A DNA stretch of 42,440 nucleotides from Coriobacteriales bacterium (GTDB taxonomy: Bacteria; Actinomycetota; Coriobacteriia; Coriobacteriales; UBA8131), in the NCBI GenBank assembly GCA_031267175.1, contig JAIRZP010000003.1:1-42440 (forward strand), in the 5' to 3' direction. The translations under genes and the position numbers were made by a program. How positions within the stretch are numbered: the first letter of the stretch is position 1; each line of letters opens with the position of its first letter. This document shows, piece by piece, positions 30,266 through 39,836 of the stretch. The notes beneath the pieces were generated by a model. The model was not told where the DNA came from, made no database searches, and saw nothing but the letters and a program-made list of their open reading frames with translations.

Positions 30266-33200
30266 TTAACGCTCTTGCCCGCTGTCTCGCTTAGGCTCCA
30301 AGTCCGGTTCGTCCATGTCGGCCTCGCCGCCGTCCAAGACCTCGGCAGTCTTCTCGTCCATGTTGAGCAGGGCGTCAAGCTCGGCCAAGCGGGCTGACTT
30401 CTCCGCCAGTTCCTGCTCCTTGGCGAAGGGCTTGGCTGCTTCGGCCTTGGCGTTGTCCATCTGGGTGCGGGCGTTGGCCAGCTGCTCACGGCAGCCATCG
30501 CATTTGGATTGCAGGGAGTCGATGGCGTTGTCGATGCGAGCGACGTTGCCCACCGGGTCGTCACCGAGCGTCACGGTGTGGCGCAGGTGACCGACGATCA
30601 CGCACTGGAACTCGCGCGAGACAACATCGAAGGCAAGCTCCAGGTTAAAGCCCGCGAAGTTGCCGAGCGGCACCGGCACAGGGGATGACAGCTTCTTGGT
30701 GGCCGCCAGTATCGCCTCGCCAGCCTTCTTGCGCTCGTCGAACTCAGCGCCGCCGACGGCCATGCGGAAATGCTCTCTGTCGGCTGACTTGTTGGCCTCT
30801 GCCGTTGCGATGTCGGCCTCGTATCTGGCGATGCGTTCTTCCAGTGCCTTTATCTGTCGTGGGTAGTGCTTGATGACGTTATCTTCCAAGGTGTACTTCT
30901 GCGAGAGGAAGTCGGCCTTGAGCATCTTCAGCCGGGCAACCTCGACATCCAAATCCATACGCTCTTTTATCAGGGGATTGCCGGTGGCCAATGCCTTTAT
31001 CTCGGCATAGCTTAATGCCTGCTCGTCCACATCCTCGGCGGAGCGCACCGGCGACTTGGAGGTCATTATCTGGCCGATGAAGCGCTGCTTGCCCTCCACC
31101 AGCTGCCAGAGGTAGGAGTCGAAGGTGTTTTCCGTGACGTAGCGGTAGATCTCCACCCGCTCGTTGCCGTTGCCTTGCCTAACTATGCGGCCACGCCTTT
31201 GCTCCAAGTCGGAGGGTCGCCAGGGACAGTCCAAATCATGGATGGCAATAAGCCGCTCTTGGACATTGGTGCCTGCGCCCATCTTGGGCGTGGAACCAAT
31301 GAGGACGCGCACCGCACCGGAGCGCACCTTGGCGAACAGCTCGGCCTTTTTGGCCTCGGTGTTGGCATCGTAGATGAAGGCGATCTCCTCGGGCGGCACC
31401 CCTTTGGCAACCAGCTTCTTCTTGATGTCGTCGTAGACGTTGAAGGAGCCGTCGCCTTTGGGCGTGGACAGGTCGCAGAACACGAGCTGTGCCTGACGGG
31501 TGTCTTTATGGTGCTCCCAGAGCCTAAAGACGTTCTCGCAGCACATCGACACCTTGCTTGTCGGCGAGTCGGGCAGCATGGGGTTTATCAGGCGCTGGTC
31601 TAATGCCAGCTTCCGACCGTCGCCGGTGATGAGCAGCATGTTGTCCTTCGCGGGGCTGACCATGCGGTTTCTGACCCTGTCCGCCCGCGCCCCAAGCTCG
31701 GCGACCATCTCGCGTTGCATCTCTGTGGGCTTGACGGAGACGTTGTGGTAGTCCACCTCCGGCACCGGCAGGTTCAGCATGTCGGCTGTCTGGATGTCGG
31801 CGGCCTGTCGGAACAGGCACATCAGCTCCGGCAGGTTGTAGAACTTGGAAAATCGCGTCTTCTGACGATAGCCGGTGCCCTCGGGACTCAGCTCAATGGC
31901 GCTCACCGTTTCCCCGAAGGTGGACGCCCAGCAGTCGAAGTGCGTGAGCGACAACCGTTGAAGTTCGTTGTACTGAAGGTAGCGCTGCACCGTGTAAAGT
32001 TCCACCATGCTGTTGGAAATCGGGGTGCCGGTGGCGAACACCACGCCCTTGCCACCGGTCTTGTCATCAAGGTATCTGCACTTCATGAACAGGTCGGATG
32101 ACTTCTGGGCCTCGGACTGCGCCACCCCGCCGACGTTTCGCATCTTGGTGAACATGAACAGGTTCTTGTAGAAGTGACTCTCGTCGATGAAGAGGCGGTC
32201 CACCCCAAGCTCCTCGAAGGTTATCACGTTGTCTTTTCGGCTCTGGTCGTTGAGCTTTTTTAGCTTGGCCTCCAGTTTTCTCTTGGTGGTCTCCATCTGC
32301 TTGACCGTCACCCTGTCGCCGCGCTCGGCCTTGATCTGGGCGATGCCGAAGGTAATCTCGTCGATCTCTGATTGCATGGACTCCGCCTGATGCTCGGCGC
32401 TCATGGGAATCTTCTCGAACTGGCTGTGCCCGATGATCACCGCGTCGTAGTCGCCGGTGGCGATGCGGGCGCAGAAGCGCCGTCTGTTCTTGCGCTCGAA
32501 GTCGCGTTTGGTGGCAACGAGAATATTGGCTGCCGGGTACAGCTGGAGGTATTCGCTTGCCCACTGCTCGGTGAGGTGGTTGGGCACCACAATAAGCGGC
32601 TTGTTGGAAAGCCCGAGCCTCCTCATCTCCTGCGCCGCCGCCGCCATCGTGTAGGTCTTGCCCGCGCCGACCACATGCGCCAGGAGGGTATTGCCACCGT
32701 AGAGGATGCGGGCGATCGCATTTTTCTGATGCCCGTTCAGCCTTATCTCCGGATTCATGCCGGGAAAGCTGAGGTGCTCACCGGAGAAGGTACGCAGACG
32801 CATGGAGTTGAAGGTGTCGTTGTAGTGGCGACACAGCCTTTCGCGGCGCTCGGGGTCAGACCATATCCACTCGCTGAACTTCGCCTTTATCGCATCCTGC
32901 TTGGCACAGGCTATCGCCGTCTCCTTCTTGTTTAAGACGTACTTATAGCCGCCCTCGCCGTCGTCTATCCGGTCGTTCACACGGACATCACGCAGGTTCA
33001 GCGTGTCCTCTACTATCTCGTAGGCGCTCTTGCGATGAGTGCCAAAGGTGGCACGTGCCAGCGGGTTTCCCTTGTCTGCGCCCTTGCCCCTTATCGACCA
33101 CTGGGCGGTGACCGGCGCGTAGTGGACGGTAATGTTGTGGCGCTGGTATCTCGGTGGCTGCAAGAGCTCGAAGATGAAGTCCTGGATGTCTGTGGTGGGT

Positions 33201-36200
33201 ATCCAGGTCGCGCCCAGGCGCACGTTTATCTCGCTGGCCGCGAGGTCCTTGGGAAGCGCGGCGTTAAGCGCCTCGACGTTGACGGCGAGCTCGGGGTCTC
33301 CGGCGGCTCCCCACTCGGCTGATTTGAGCTTATCTCGCACGTTGCCGGAGAGGTACTCGTCGGCGGTCTGGTATTCGGGATGGCCGAAGTCGGTGCCGGG
33401 AACCTTGAAGATGACGCCTCTCAGTTCGGCTGCGATCTCATGTTCCGCCATGCCCGTCAGCTGCGACATGAAGGGAATGTCAACCTTCGCTCTCTCTGCC
33501 AGCGACACCGCCAGCGCCTCGGCGGGGGTGTCGGCCTTGGTGGGTACAGCGTATGGCCGGATGGTGCGCTTGGTGAACATCGCCGCTTTGGACACCAGTT
33601 TGCCGTCCTCGTCGATGTTTTCCAACGATGCCAAAAGCGGGTAGGATGAGTCCTTGCCGAAGGCCATGCTGTTGCCCCGCGAGGTGACGAGACCGTACTT
33701 GGCTGTGTAGCGGTCGTAGGCCCGCGTGAGGTCTCTCTGGGCGCTTGCCACCTCCACATCCGGGGCATCCTCGGTCTGGAGTTGGATGAGGATGCGCACC
33801 AACTCGCGAATCTGGATAAGCCCCTTGACGCGGCTGGTGGCCGTGTCGGAGAGTTCCTGGGGGTGCATCCTGGAGTCCTCGCGGAAATAGACCTTGCCGT
33901 CTGCGACCGTGTAGGAGAAGTTGCGAACCTCCGGGTCTGCGGGGATGGAGCCGTCAGTCTCGGCCTCATCGTCGCGTTCGTAGTTGGTGAGCGTGGCATG
34001 GATGTTTACGATGGCACCTTGCAGCTGCTCGGCGAGGTCTGCGTCCGGATAAGGCTCGCAGGTGGTGCCATCGGCACGTCCGTACTGTCTGCCGTCGTGG
34101 GTCATGCGGCCAAGCACCATCTCGGGGTTGTCGGCGAAATACGAGTTCACGGCGATGCCACTCTCAGTCTGGCCGAGATGCACCCAGGCAGGCTCCGTCA
34201 CGGCGGGACAGTCGCGCTTTTGAAGGAACACGACATCTGCCGTGACCTCCGTCCCCGCGTTGTCCTTGAAGGCGTTGTTGGGCAGGCGGATCGCGCCGAT
34301 GAGATCTGAGCGCTCTGCCAGGTAGCGGCGTACCGCCGGGTTGCGTTTGTCCAGCGTCCCCTTGCTGGTGACGAAGGCGACGATGCCGCCGGGGCGCACC
34401 TTGTCGAGTGTCTTGGCAAAGAAGTAGTCGTGCACTAAAAACGAGTGCCTGTCGTATCGCCTATCGGCTATCTGGTAGTTGCCGAACGGCACATTGCCTA
34501 AAGCCACGTCGAAGAAGCTGTCGGGGAAGCCGGATGTCTCGAAGCCCTCTGTGCGGATGTCCGCCTTCTGGTAGAGCTGACGGGCGATTGATGCGGTCAT
34601 GGGGTCTATCTCCACGCCGAAAAAGCGCGAGCCGTTCATGGACTCGGGAATAAGGCCTAAGAAGTTGCCGATGCCGCAGGACGGCTCCAGCACGTTGCCG
34701 GCTCTGAAGCCCATCCCCTCGATGGCCGCATATATCGCCTTGATGACTGTGGGCGACGTGTAGTAGGCATTTATCGTGGATGCCCTTGCCGCTGCGTAGT
34801 CCTCATCGGTGAGCAGGAACTTCAGGTCTGCCCGCTCTGTTGCGAAGTCTGCGTTGGCCTCGTCGAATACCTGCGGGACGGCTCCCCAGCCGACGTATTT
34901 GGACAAGACCGTCTGCTCCCCAGCGTCAGCCAGCCTGCCCTCGTCCTCTAACTGCTGCACCAACCTGATGGCGTCGAGGTTCCAGTGCGCACGCTGCTTC
35001 GCGCCGCCGTGGCCGAGATTGTCGTCGGTGACGCAAAAGTCGCGGCGCTCCTGGGGCGGGGCTGGCGCTGCCGATGGCGCTGCTGGCTTTTCCTTTTCGG
35101 ATAGTTGTTCTTGCACCTGCTTCGACGGCGCTGTCGCCTCAGTCTCGCTGAGACCCTGTGTGACGGCGCCTTTCAGGTGGTCGTTCAGCGGGTTTTCCGC
35201 CAAGCGGCGGTAGAACTCCTCTGCGTCCATAACACGCGGGAACAAAGGTGAGGTGGAGTCGAAGAGCTCCACCTGTCCGTCTCCAAGTGACAGCAGTTCG
35301 TAGTCTGCGGTGCCGATGCGGATCAAGGTGCCGAGCGGCAACCGGTAATCACCCCAAGATGCGAAAGGGGCGGCCGGCTTCTCTTCGCCAGCCGCCCCTT
35401 TGCCGGGCGCGTGTTCCTGTGTCGCCGGTTGACCCGGCGGCTCTAGCAGCAGATCAGGTCGCTTGCCACCGTCTCTGTGGCTTGGCTGCGGATGTTGTTC
35501 ATTCTGCCCGCCCACTCCAGCGGGTCGCGCATCTTCATCGCCGCGTCCACCTTCTGGGACTTGGCCAGCTGCTCCGTGAGCCGCTCCCACATCGCCTCGG
35601 CCTGCCAGTTCAGCTCCACCAGGTGAGAGAACAGCGTCCCTTGCATCTTCATCACTGCGTACATCCCCGGGCGATGCTCCTTCAGGTACCTCTTGCGCCT
35701 GCGGCCCCATGTCCCGATGTCTAAGGTGGTCTCCATCGGCGCGATCAGGTCCGGCAGCAGGTATCCCTGCTCGGTCTCGCTGTATGTCAACTCCATCTCG
35801 GCTCCTTCCATTGTCGTCAGCCTCTTCTATCGGCTCAGTATCCATAAGCTCAGGCTCTGGCGCAATTGTACGAATCTGAGTCGCCTCACGCTCCTGCGAC
35901 AGCACCGTTGCGGCTATCTCGCGCAGAGCCATCTTGGCGGTGTCGGCGACCGCTGTGCCGATGACGGTCACCGCCGCTGGCCCCGTGAACACCTCCAACC
36001 CCGCAAAGCCCTCGTCGGTAAGCAGCGCCCACGGGTCGATGCTACAGCGGTCAAGTGTCATGAAGGTCACAGATGATTTCAGCACCGAGAGCATGGCGGC
36101 AGGCTCTACGCCGGTGTCGCCGGTCACCGCCAGCAGGTCGTCGAGGTAGTCTGCGAAGTTGTCCTCGGAGGCGTTTGCGGCAGCGGACATGATGGCTGTG

Positions 36201-36613
36201 TCCAGCCCGCCGCGCTCGGCCAACTCACCGAAGGCAGCCTCCAGGGCTTCGATGACATCCTGTTCGTACTCCGGGCGCATCTGCCATGTCGGTACCGGCA
36301 AGGAGTGTTTTCCCTCGTGGGTGTCGGTGATGTCGAAGTAGTGCTTCAGGCGACTTGCGCTCTCATCGGAAAGAACCGCGATTCCCTTGGCACCCCTGTT
36401 CACCCAGCGGTTGAAGATGCCATTCCACTTCTCCAGCTCCAGCACCGCAGTGGCGTCCGGGCGCTGGGCGTATACCAGCAGCTGCTCCTCGAAGGGCAGT
36501 TTGTAATTCATGCAGGCAGAGGACAAAAACGCCGTCCACTGTTCAGGGTCTTCGGTCACGCTCGCAAGCGTCTCGTCATAAAGCGCTGTGATTGTCTCCA
36601 GCTTGGTCGGCAT
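30266..36613 (-). CDS. Polyvalent conjugative-element ORF of 2115 codons: ArdC-N-like domain, N6-adenine methyltransferase and SNF2-family helicase. Continuity across 35.3-35.8 kb is questionable (see the nested tnpV-like gene)
   Basis: N-terminal ArdC-like block LLVYAQRPDATAVLELEKWNGIFNRWVNRGAKGIAVL. Methyltransferase motif I VLEPSCGIGNF and motif IV GNVPFGNY. Helicase motif I LLAHVVGAGKT, motif II LFIDESHFYKN and motif VI QRRGRIVRQGN. Codons of about 268-417 are R/D/G/A/P low complexity, coinciding with an out-of-frame gene plus hairpin. Confidence 0.65.
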   Translation of the reverse strand: MPTKLETITALYDETLASVTEDPEQWTAFLSSACMNYKLPFEEQLLVYAQRPDATAVLELEKWNGIFNRWVNRGAKGIAVLSDESASRLKHYFDITDTHEGKHSLPVPTWQMRPEYEQDVIEALEAAFGELAERGGLDTAIMSAAANASEDNFADYLDDLLAVTGDTGVEPAAMLSVLKSSVTFMTLDRCSIDPWALLTDEGFAGLEVFTGPAAVTVIGTAVADTAKMALREIAATVLSQEREATQIRTIAPEPELMDTEPIEEADDNGRSRDGVDIQRDRAGIPAAGPDRADGDHLRHRDMGPQAQEVPEGASPGDVRSDEDARDAVLSPGGAELAGRGDVGAAHGAAGQVPEGGRGDEDARPAGVGGQNEQHPQPSHRDGGKRPDLLLEPPGQPATQEHAPGKGAAGEEKPAAPFASWGDYRLPLGTLIRIGTADYELLSLGDGQVELFDSTSPLFPRVMDAEEFYRRLAENPLNDHLKGAVTQGLSETEATAPSKQVQEQLSEKEKPAAPSAAPAPPQERRDFCVTDDNLGHGGAKQRAHWNLDAIRLVQQLEDEGRLADAGEQTVLSKYVGWGAVPQVFDEANADFATERADLKFLLTDEDYAAARASTINAYYTSPTVIKAIYAAIEGMGFRAGNVLEPSCGIGNFLGLIPESMNGSRFFGVEIDPMTASIARQLYQKADIRTEGFETSGFPDSFFDVALGNVPFGNYQIADRRYDRHSFLVHDYFFAKTLDKVRPGGIVAFVTSKGTLDKRNPAVRRYLAERSDLIGAIRLPNNAFKDNAGTEVTADVVFLQKRDCPAVTEPAWVHLGQTESGIAVNSYFADNPEMVLGRMTHDGRQYGRADGTTCEPYPDADLAEQLQGAIVNIHATLTNYERDDEAETDGSIPADPEVRNFSYTVADGKVYFREDSRMHPQELSDTATSRVKGLIQIRELVRILIQLQTEDAPDVEVASAQRDLTRAYDRYTAKYGLVTSRGNSMAFGKDSSYPLLASLENIDEDGKLVSKAAMFTKRTIRPYAVPTKADTPAEALAVSLAERAKVDIPFMSQLTGMAEHEIAAELRGVIFKVPGTDFGHPEYQTADEYLSGNVRDKLKSAEWGAAGDPELAVNVEALNAALPKDLAASEINVRLGATWIPTTDIQDFIFELLQPPRYQRHNITVHYAPVTAQWSIRGKGADKGNPLARATFGTHRKSAYEIVEDTLNLRDVRVNDRIDDGEGGYKYVLNKKETAIACAKQDAIKAKFSEWIWSDPERRERLCRHYNDTFNSMRLRTFSGEHLSFPGMNPEIRLNGHQKNAIARILYGGNTLLAHVVGAGKTYTMAAAAQEMRRLGLSNKPLIVVPNHLTEQWASEYLQLYPAANILVATKRDFERKNRRRFCARIATGDYDAVIIGHSQFEKIPMSAEHQAESMQSEIDEITFGIAQIKAERGDRVTVKQMETTKRKLEAKLKKLNDQSRKDNVITFEELGVDRLFIDESHFYKNLFMFTKMRNVGGVAQSEAQKSSDLFMKCRYLDDKTGGKGVVFATGTPISNSMVELYTVQRYLQYNELQRLSLTHFDCWASTFGETVSAIELSPEGTGYRQKTRFSKFYNLPELMCLFRQAADIQTADMLNLPVPEVDYHNVSVKPTEMQREMVAELGARADRVRNRMVSPAKDNMLLITGDGRKLALDQRLINPMLPDSPTSKVSMCCENVFRLWEHHKDTRQAQLVFCDLSTPKGDGSFNVYDDIKKKLVAKGVPPEEIAFIYDANTEAKKAELFAKVRSGAVRVLIGSTPKMGAGTNVQERLIAIHDLDCPWRPSDLEQRRGRIVRQGNGNERVEIYRYVTENTFDSYLWQLVEGKQRFIGQIMTSKSPVRSAEDVDEQALSYAEIKALATGNPLIKERMDLDVEVARLKMLKADFLSQKYTLEDNVIKHYPRQIKALEERIARYEADIATAEANKSADREHFRMAVGGAEFDERKKAGEAILAATKKLSSPVPVPLGNFAGFNLELAFDVVSREFQCVIVGHLRHTVTLGDDPVGNVARIDNAIDSLQSKCDGCREQLANARTQMDNAKAEAAKPFAKEQELAEKSARLAELDALLNMDEKTAEVLDGGEADMDEPDLEPKRDSGQER
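35364..35401 (-). terminator. GC-rich hairpin directly downstream of the nested tnpV-like gene (terminator-like), lying inside the 2115-codon ORF
   Basis: On the minus strand: AAAGGGGCGGCTGGC, loop gaagagaa, then GCCGGCCGCCCCTTT followed by TTTCGC. The stem is about 15 bp with one G-U pair and starts 41 nt after the TAG at 35443-35445. Confidence 0.5.
35443..35796 (-). CDS. tnpV: TnpV-like protein (117 aa), nested in an alternative frame of the polyvalent ORF
   Basis: GGAAGGAG sits 5 nt upstream of ATG 35796. MELTYSETEQGYLLPDL...WGRRRKRYLKEHRPGMYAVMKMQGTLFSHLVELNWQAEAMWERLTEQL...WAGRMNNIRSQATETVASDLI matches the TnpV family pattern (MELTY, G.YG.MR..YLKEHRP.LY, MN....A.E). Third-codon positions are G/C-rich in this frame. 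Confidence 0.75.
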   Translation of the reverse strand: MELTYSETEQGYLLPDLIAPMETTLDIGTWGRRRKRYLKEHRPGMYAVMKMQGTLFSHLVELNWQAEAMWERLTEQLAKSQKVDAAMKMRDPLEWAGRMNNIRSQATETVASDLICC

Positions 36614-36628
36614 GGCATCACACCTCCA

Positions 36629-37054
36629 TCATCTCTCATAGGCTCGTGTCCTCTTATGCCTGGCGGGCTTCGGGGCATCGGCGGCGCGGGCGGCATCTGG
36701 CACCGACGGCGAGCCGAAGGCGTCGCGGTGGTGGCACAAAAACGCCTTGCCCTCGCCTAAAAGCGACAGCTTCACAACGTCGAAGCGCACCCTGCAACTC
36801 GGTACGTCGTGGTTGGCCAGGTAGTGCGCGGCGACCGTCTCCATCTGTGACCTGGCCTTTTGCGTCATGTCCTCCTCAGGCATCGCCAACCCTTGTCTGG
36901 CCTTGACGGTGCAAAAGGCCATCTCGCCATCCTCCATGAACACGAGGTCAACGCATCCTGCCTCACAGGTGTAGTCCTGCTCCATAACCTGTGCGCCCTG
37001 CCCCTCCAGGTAGCTCCTCGCAATCCTGGTCGCGTCTTGTCTGATGTCGGTCAT
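36629..37054 (-). CDS. YraN (UPF0102)-like endonuclease-fold protein (141 aa)
   Basis: ARSYLEGQGAQVMEQDYTCEAGCVDLVFMEDGEMAFCTVKAR fits the YraN pattern (A..YL...G..IL..N.R...GEIDLI......VFVEVK.R). Confidence 0.6.
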   Translation of the reverse strand: MTDIRQDATRIARSYLEGQGAQVMEQDYTCEAGCVDLVFMEDGEMAFCTVKARQGLAMPEEDMTQKARSQMETVAAHYLANHDVPSCRVRFDVVKLSLLGEGKAFLCHHRDAFGSPSVPDAARAADAPKPARHKRTRAYER

Positions 37055-37063
37055 GTCCGTCTC

Positions 37064-37795
37064 CTATCTCTCGTAGCTTTTTGTTTTCTTCTTTTTCTGA
37101 ACCGGCGCACTACCGTTGGCAGGCTGCTGCCTTGGTGGGGGCCTGAGCCCGTCGTGCAAAGCCGACCAGTCGCTGTGGCGCTCGGCGTACTCATACCCCG
37201 CCCAGAGTCTGTCGTTTATCCGATACACGTCCTTCGGGCAAAACGCTGTCGGCTCTCCGCCCTCAGCGGCAAGCTCCCGTGCCAGCTTGAGGTAGCAGGC
37301 CACGGTTTCCTTCTCCGTAGCGAACAGCCGCACGAACGGGTAGCAGTACGGCCTTTGCTCGAACGCCGCCCGCTCTCCCAGCCGTGCTGTTTGGCATATC
37401 ACGGGGAAGCTGCCTTCGCGCTCGATGACGTAGGCCACCGGCTTAATGGGTAGCATCAGGTAGGCACGCATCGCCAGTGCGTTGTTGTCGATGACCCAGC
37501 GGTTTTTGACAGCCAGCTCATAGGCGGATTCCTTGTCGTCGAACCACCTACCGCCCATCTCGTACTCGCCGAATACCGCATGTTCGCGCCCGTCTTTGCC
37601 GTCAAGCCAATAGCGCCAAAGCGTCCGTCCGGCCTCGGTGCGCTCGCCGAACACGTCCATGCCCATCGAGAAGTTCCCGGAGACGGTGAACTCCTCGACC
37701 ACGTCAAGCACGACCCTATAGATGGCGTCTCCCTCAAGATAGCGAGGCCGGTTCATGGGCTCTGCGGCATCGAACAGGCTCATCTGGCCGCTCAT
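37064..37795 (-). CDS. Hypothetical protein (243 aa)
   Basis: A long ORF with element-typical codon bias, translationally coupled to the upstream gene (overlap 37792-37795). No domain recognised. Confidence 0.5.
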   Translation of the reverse strand: MSGQMSLFDAAEPMNRPRYLEGDAIYRVVLDVVEEFTVSGNFSMGMDVFGERTEAGRTLWRYWLDGKDGREHAVFGEYEMGGRWFDDKESAYELAVKNRWVIDNNALAMRAYLMLPIKPVAYVIEREGSFPVICQTARLGERAAFEQRPYCYPFVRLFATEKETVACYLKLARELAAEGGEPTAFCPKDVYRINDRLWAGYEYAERHSDWSALHDGLRPPPRQQPANGSAPVQKKKKTKSYER

Positions 37796-38136
37796 GGCCT
37801 TTCCTGTCCGTCCTCGCAGGCAACCGCCATCAGGCGCTTCCCATAGGCGGCGAATGCGTACCAGTAGGTACGGTCAAACGGGCTCTCGTTGAGGTCGGCG
37901 GTGCGCAGGATGCCGCCTTTGACCAAACGCCGCAGGGCGCTTTTGGCCATGTGCGGCGAGAGGTACGGGATCAAAAGCGACAGCTGCCGGTGTCCCATCC
38001 TTATCCACAGGCTTCCCTTGGCCGTTTCGGTCTCGGCCTCGAACTGCCCGTCCAAGCCGTCCCAGAGGCACTGGGCGGCGATGGCCGCAGCCATACCGAG
38101 CCTGCACGCAAGCTCAACATTCATCGGTTGGTACAT
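37792..38136 (-). CDS. Hypothetical protein, possibly winged-helix DNA-binding (114 aa)
   Basis: AAGGGA sits 7 nt upstream of ATG 38136. LSPHMAKSALRRLVKGGILRT resembles a wHTH recognition segment, but this is weak. Confidence 0.35.
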   Translation of the reverse strand: MYQPMNVELACRLGMAAAIAAQCLWDGLDGQFEAETETAKGSLWIRMGHRQLSLLIPYLSPHMAKSALRRLVKGGILRTADLNESPFDRTYWYAFAAYGKRLMAVACEDGQERP

Positions 38137-38289
38137 GGTGGTGATCCCTTCTGTTCGGCGGGCTGTCCCCCGCGGGCTTGTAGGTATGTAGTAGTCGATG
38201 GGAAATCGCCGCAGGTTACCGCCCGTTTGCTGGCAGTCTCCGTGATAGAATAGGCATCACTGACCGACCGCAAACGATTGGACGCGACG

Positions 38290-38619
38290 ATGATAAAGAT
38301 GCAGATCGTCATGGACGACGACAAGATAGCCCGCGAGGGTAAGTACAACCTCGGCAAGCTCCACACCTCGTTAGACGACTTCATGGTGGCAAAGCTCGGC
38401 TTCAGCAAGGGCGACGGGGGGTTTTACGTCGGCAGGGGCGCGGGCAGCGACTACTCACGCTTCGGCGTGGCCATGACCACGCTCGGCAAGAAGCAGTGGT
38501 TCATGGACAACGTGGCCACCTGGTTGTACTTCAACAGCGATGATGCCAACGACCCGGAGGACTTCGAGGTAGAGGACTTCAAGGAGTTCTGCCAGCGCCG
38601 CTACCAGATGACGGCGTAG
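38290..38619 (+). CDS. Partner protein of the VapD-like gene (109 aa), copy 2
   Basis: Paralog of 16509-16838 with the same length and shared motifs. Confidence 0.6.
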   Translation: MIKMQIVMDDDKIAREGKYNLGKLHTSLDDFMVAKLGFSKGDGGFYVGRGAGSDYSRFGVAMTTLGKKQWFMDNVATWLYFNSDDANDPEDFEVEDFKEFCQRRYQMTA

Positions 38620-38621
38620 CG

Positions 38622-38987
38622 ATGGCGCAGCAGCGCCGCCGGAAGGCCATCAACTTCGATTTGGACTCCGCACGCCTCCGCGAGGAATTCGGCGGGGAGC
38701 AGGGCAGGCGCAAAGCCTACCGACACATCCAGTCCTTCCTCGCAAGGGAGGGCTTCGAGCACAGGCAGTGGTCGGGCTATGTCTCGAAAAACCCCATGAG
38801 CAACGCCGATGTGTACGACATCGTAGACCGCCTGGCACAAGCCAACCTGTGGCTGGACAGGTGCGTGAACAGGTTCGACGTGACCAACGTAGGCAACGAA
38901 TCCGATATGCTGGACGAGATAAGCCTCGCGACTGCCGCCGCCACAGCGACCGAGCCGATTATCGACGAGGGTTTCATCGAGGGATAG
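38622..38987 (+). CDS. vapD: VapD-like (Cas2-fold) protein, copy 2
   Basis: KAINFDLDSARLREEFGGEQGRRKAYRHIQSFLAREGFEHRQWSGYVS...VYDIVDRLAQANLWLDRCVNRFDVTNVG. Paralog of 16835-17203. Confidence 0.75.
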   Translation: MAQQRRRKAINFDLDSARLREEFGGEQGRRKAYRHIQSFLAREGFEHRQWSGYVSKNPMSNADVYDIVDRLAQANLWLDRCVNRFDVTNVGNESDMLDEISLATAAATATEPIIDEGFIEG

Positions 38988-39084
38988 ACCTCACGTTCAA
39001 ATCCCCATTCGCACATTTCACTTCCGCGCTCCCGCAGCCTACACTTTGCGTGTCAACGTGTCTGATACATAAGGAGTGATGGGA

Positions 39085-39813
39085 ATGGCAAATGTAGTGA
39101 GGATCGTCAAGGCAGTGGCGATGTTGGCAATCGCCGCCTTCATCGTGATGGTGATAGTCGGTATCTACACCGCGCTTGATTCGGCAACCAGGCCGTATGC
39201 GCTTGCGCCGTCCGTATCCCAGACAGGCACCGGCACCGAAAGCGTGTCAGCCGATACACGGAGCATGAGCGAACAGAATGACGGAGCCGCAGATGCCAGC
39301 AGTGCCCCGGATGGCAAGGCATTCGCTTCGACACCTTCCGGCGAAGATGGGAACGGCGATACTGCCGCTCCCACCTCTTCGCCGTTACCGCCGCAGGCAC
39401 CGGCGGCGCAGGGGACTCAGGCTCCAGCCGTTTCTGCCAGCACACCGCCCGTGTCGGATACGGCAAGAACGCCATCGAATGGTGGCTCTACTGACGCATC
39501 TGTTCCCGCTGTACCGCAGAAGGTGTGGCACGAGGCAGTCTATGAGACGGTGCATCATGAGGCTGTCTTTGCCACCGTACACCACGATGCCGAATACACA
39601 ACCGTGACCGACTACTACACGGTCTGCCACCAGTGCGCATTCAAGATACAGGGCTCTATCTATCCGCATCTGGACGCCACCGGGCACACCGGGTACAACT
39701 CAGATGTCCCTTTCGCGCGCAGCGTCCTTGTGCGCGAAGCCTTTGACGAGCGGGTGCTGGTGTCTGCCGCCTATGACGAGCAGGTGTTAGTGCGAGCGGG
39801 GTTTTGGGAATAG
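39085..39813 (+). CDS. Membrane-anchored extracellular protein with a Ser/Ala/Pro-rich linker and a His-rich C-terminal domain (242 aa)
   Basis: AAGGAG sits 8 nt upstream of ATG 39085. It has an N-terminal TM segment (AMLAIAAFIVMVIVGIY) and three tandem 9-residue units, WHEAVYETV / HHEAVFATV / HHDAEYTTV, at 39526-39606. Confidence 0.5.
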   Translation: MANVVRIVKAVAMLAIAAFIVMVIVGIYTALDSATRPYALAPSVSQTGTGTESVSADTRSMSEQNDGAADASSAPDGKAFASTPSGEDGNGDTAAPTSSPLPPQAPAAQGTQAPAVSASTPPVSDTARTPSNGGSTDASVPAVPQKVWHEAVYETVHHEAVFATVHHDAEYTTVTDYYTVCHQCAFKIQGSIYPHLDATGHTGYNSDVPFARSVLVREAFDERVLVSAAYDEQVLVRAGFWE

Positions 39814-39836
39814 GTTTTGTTCGCAGAGGTTGGCGC

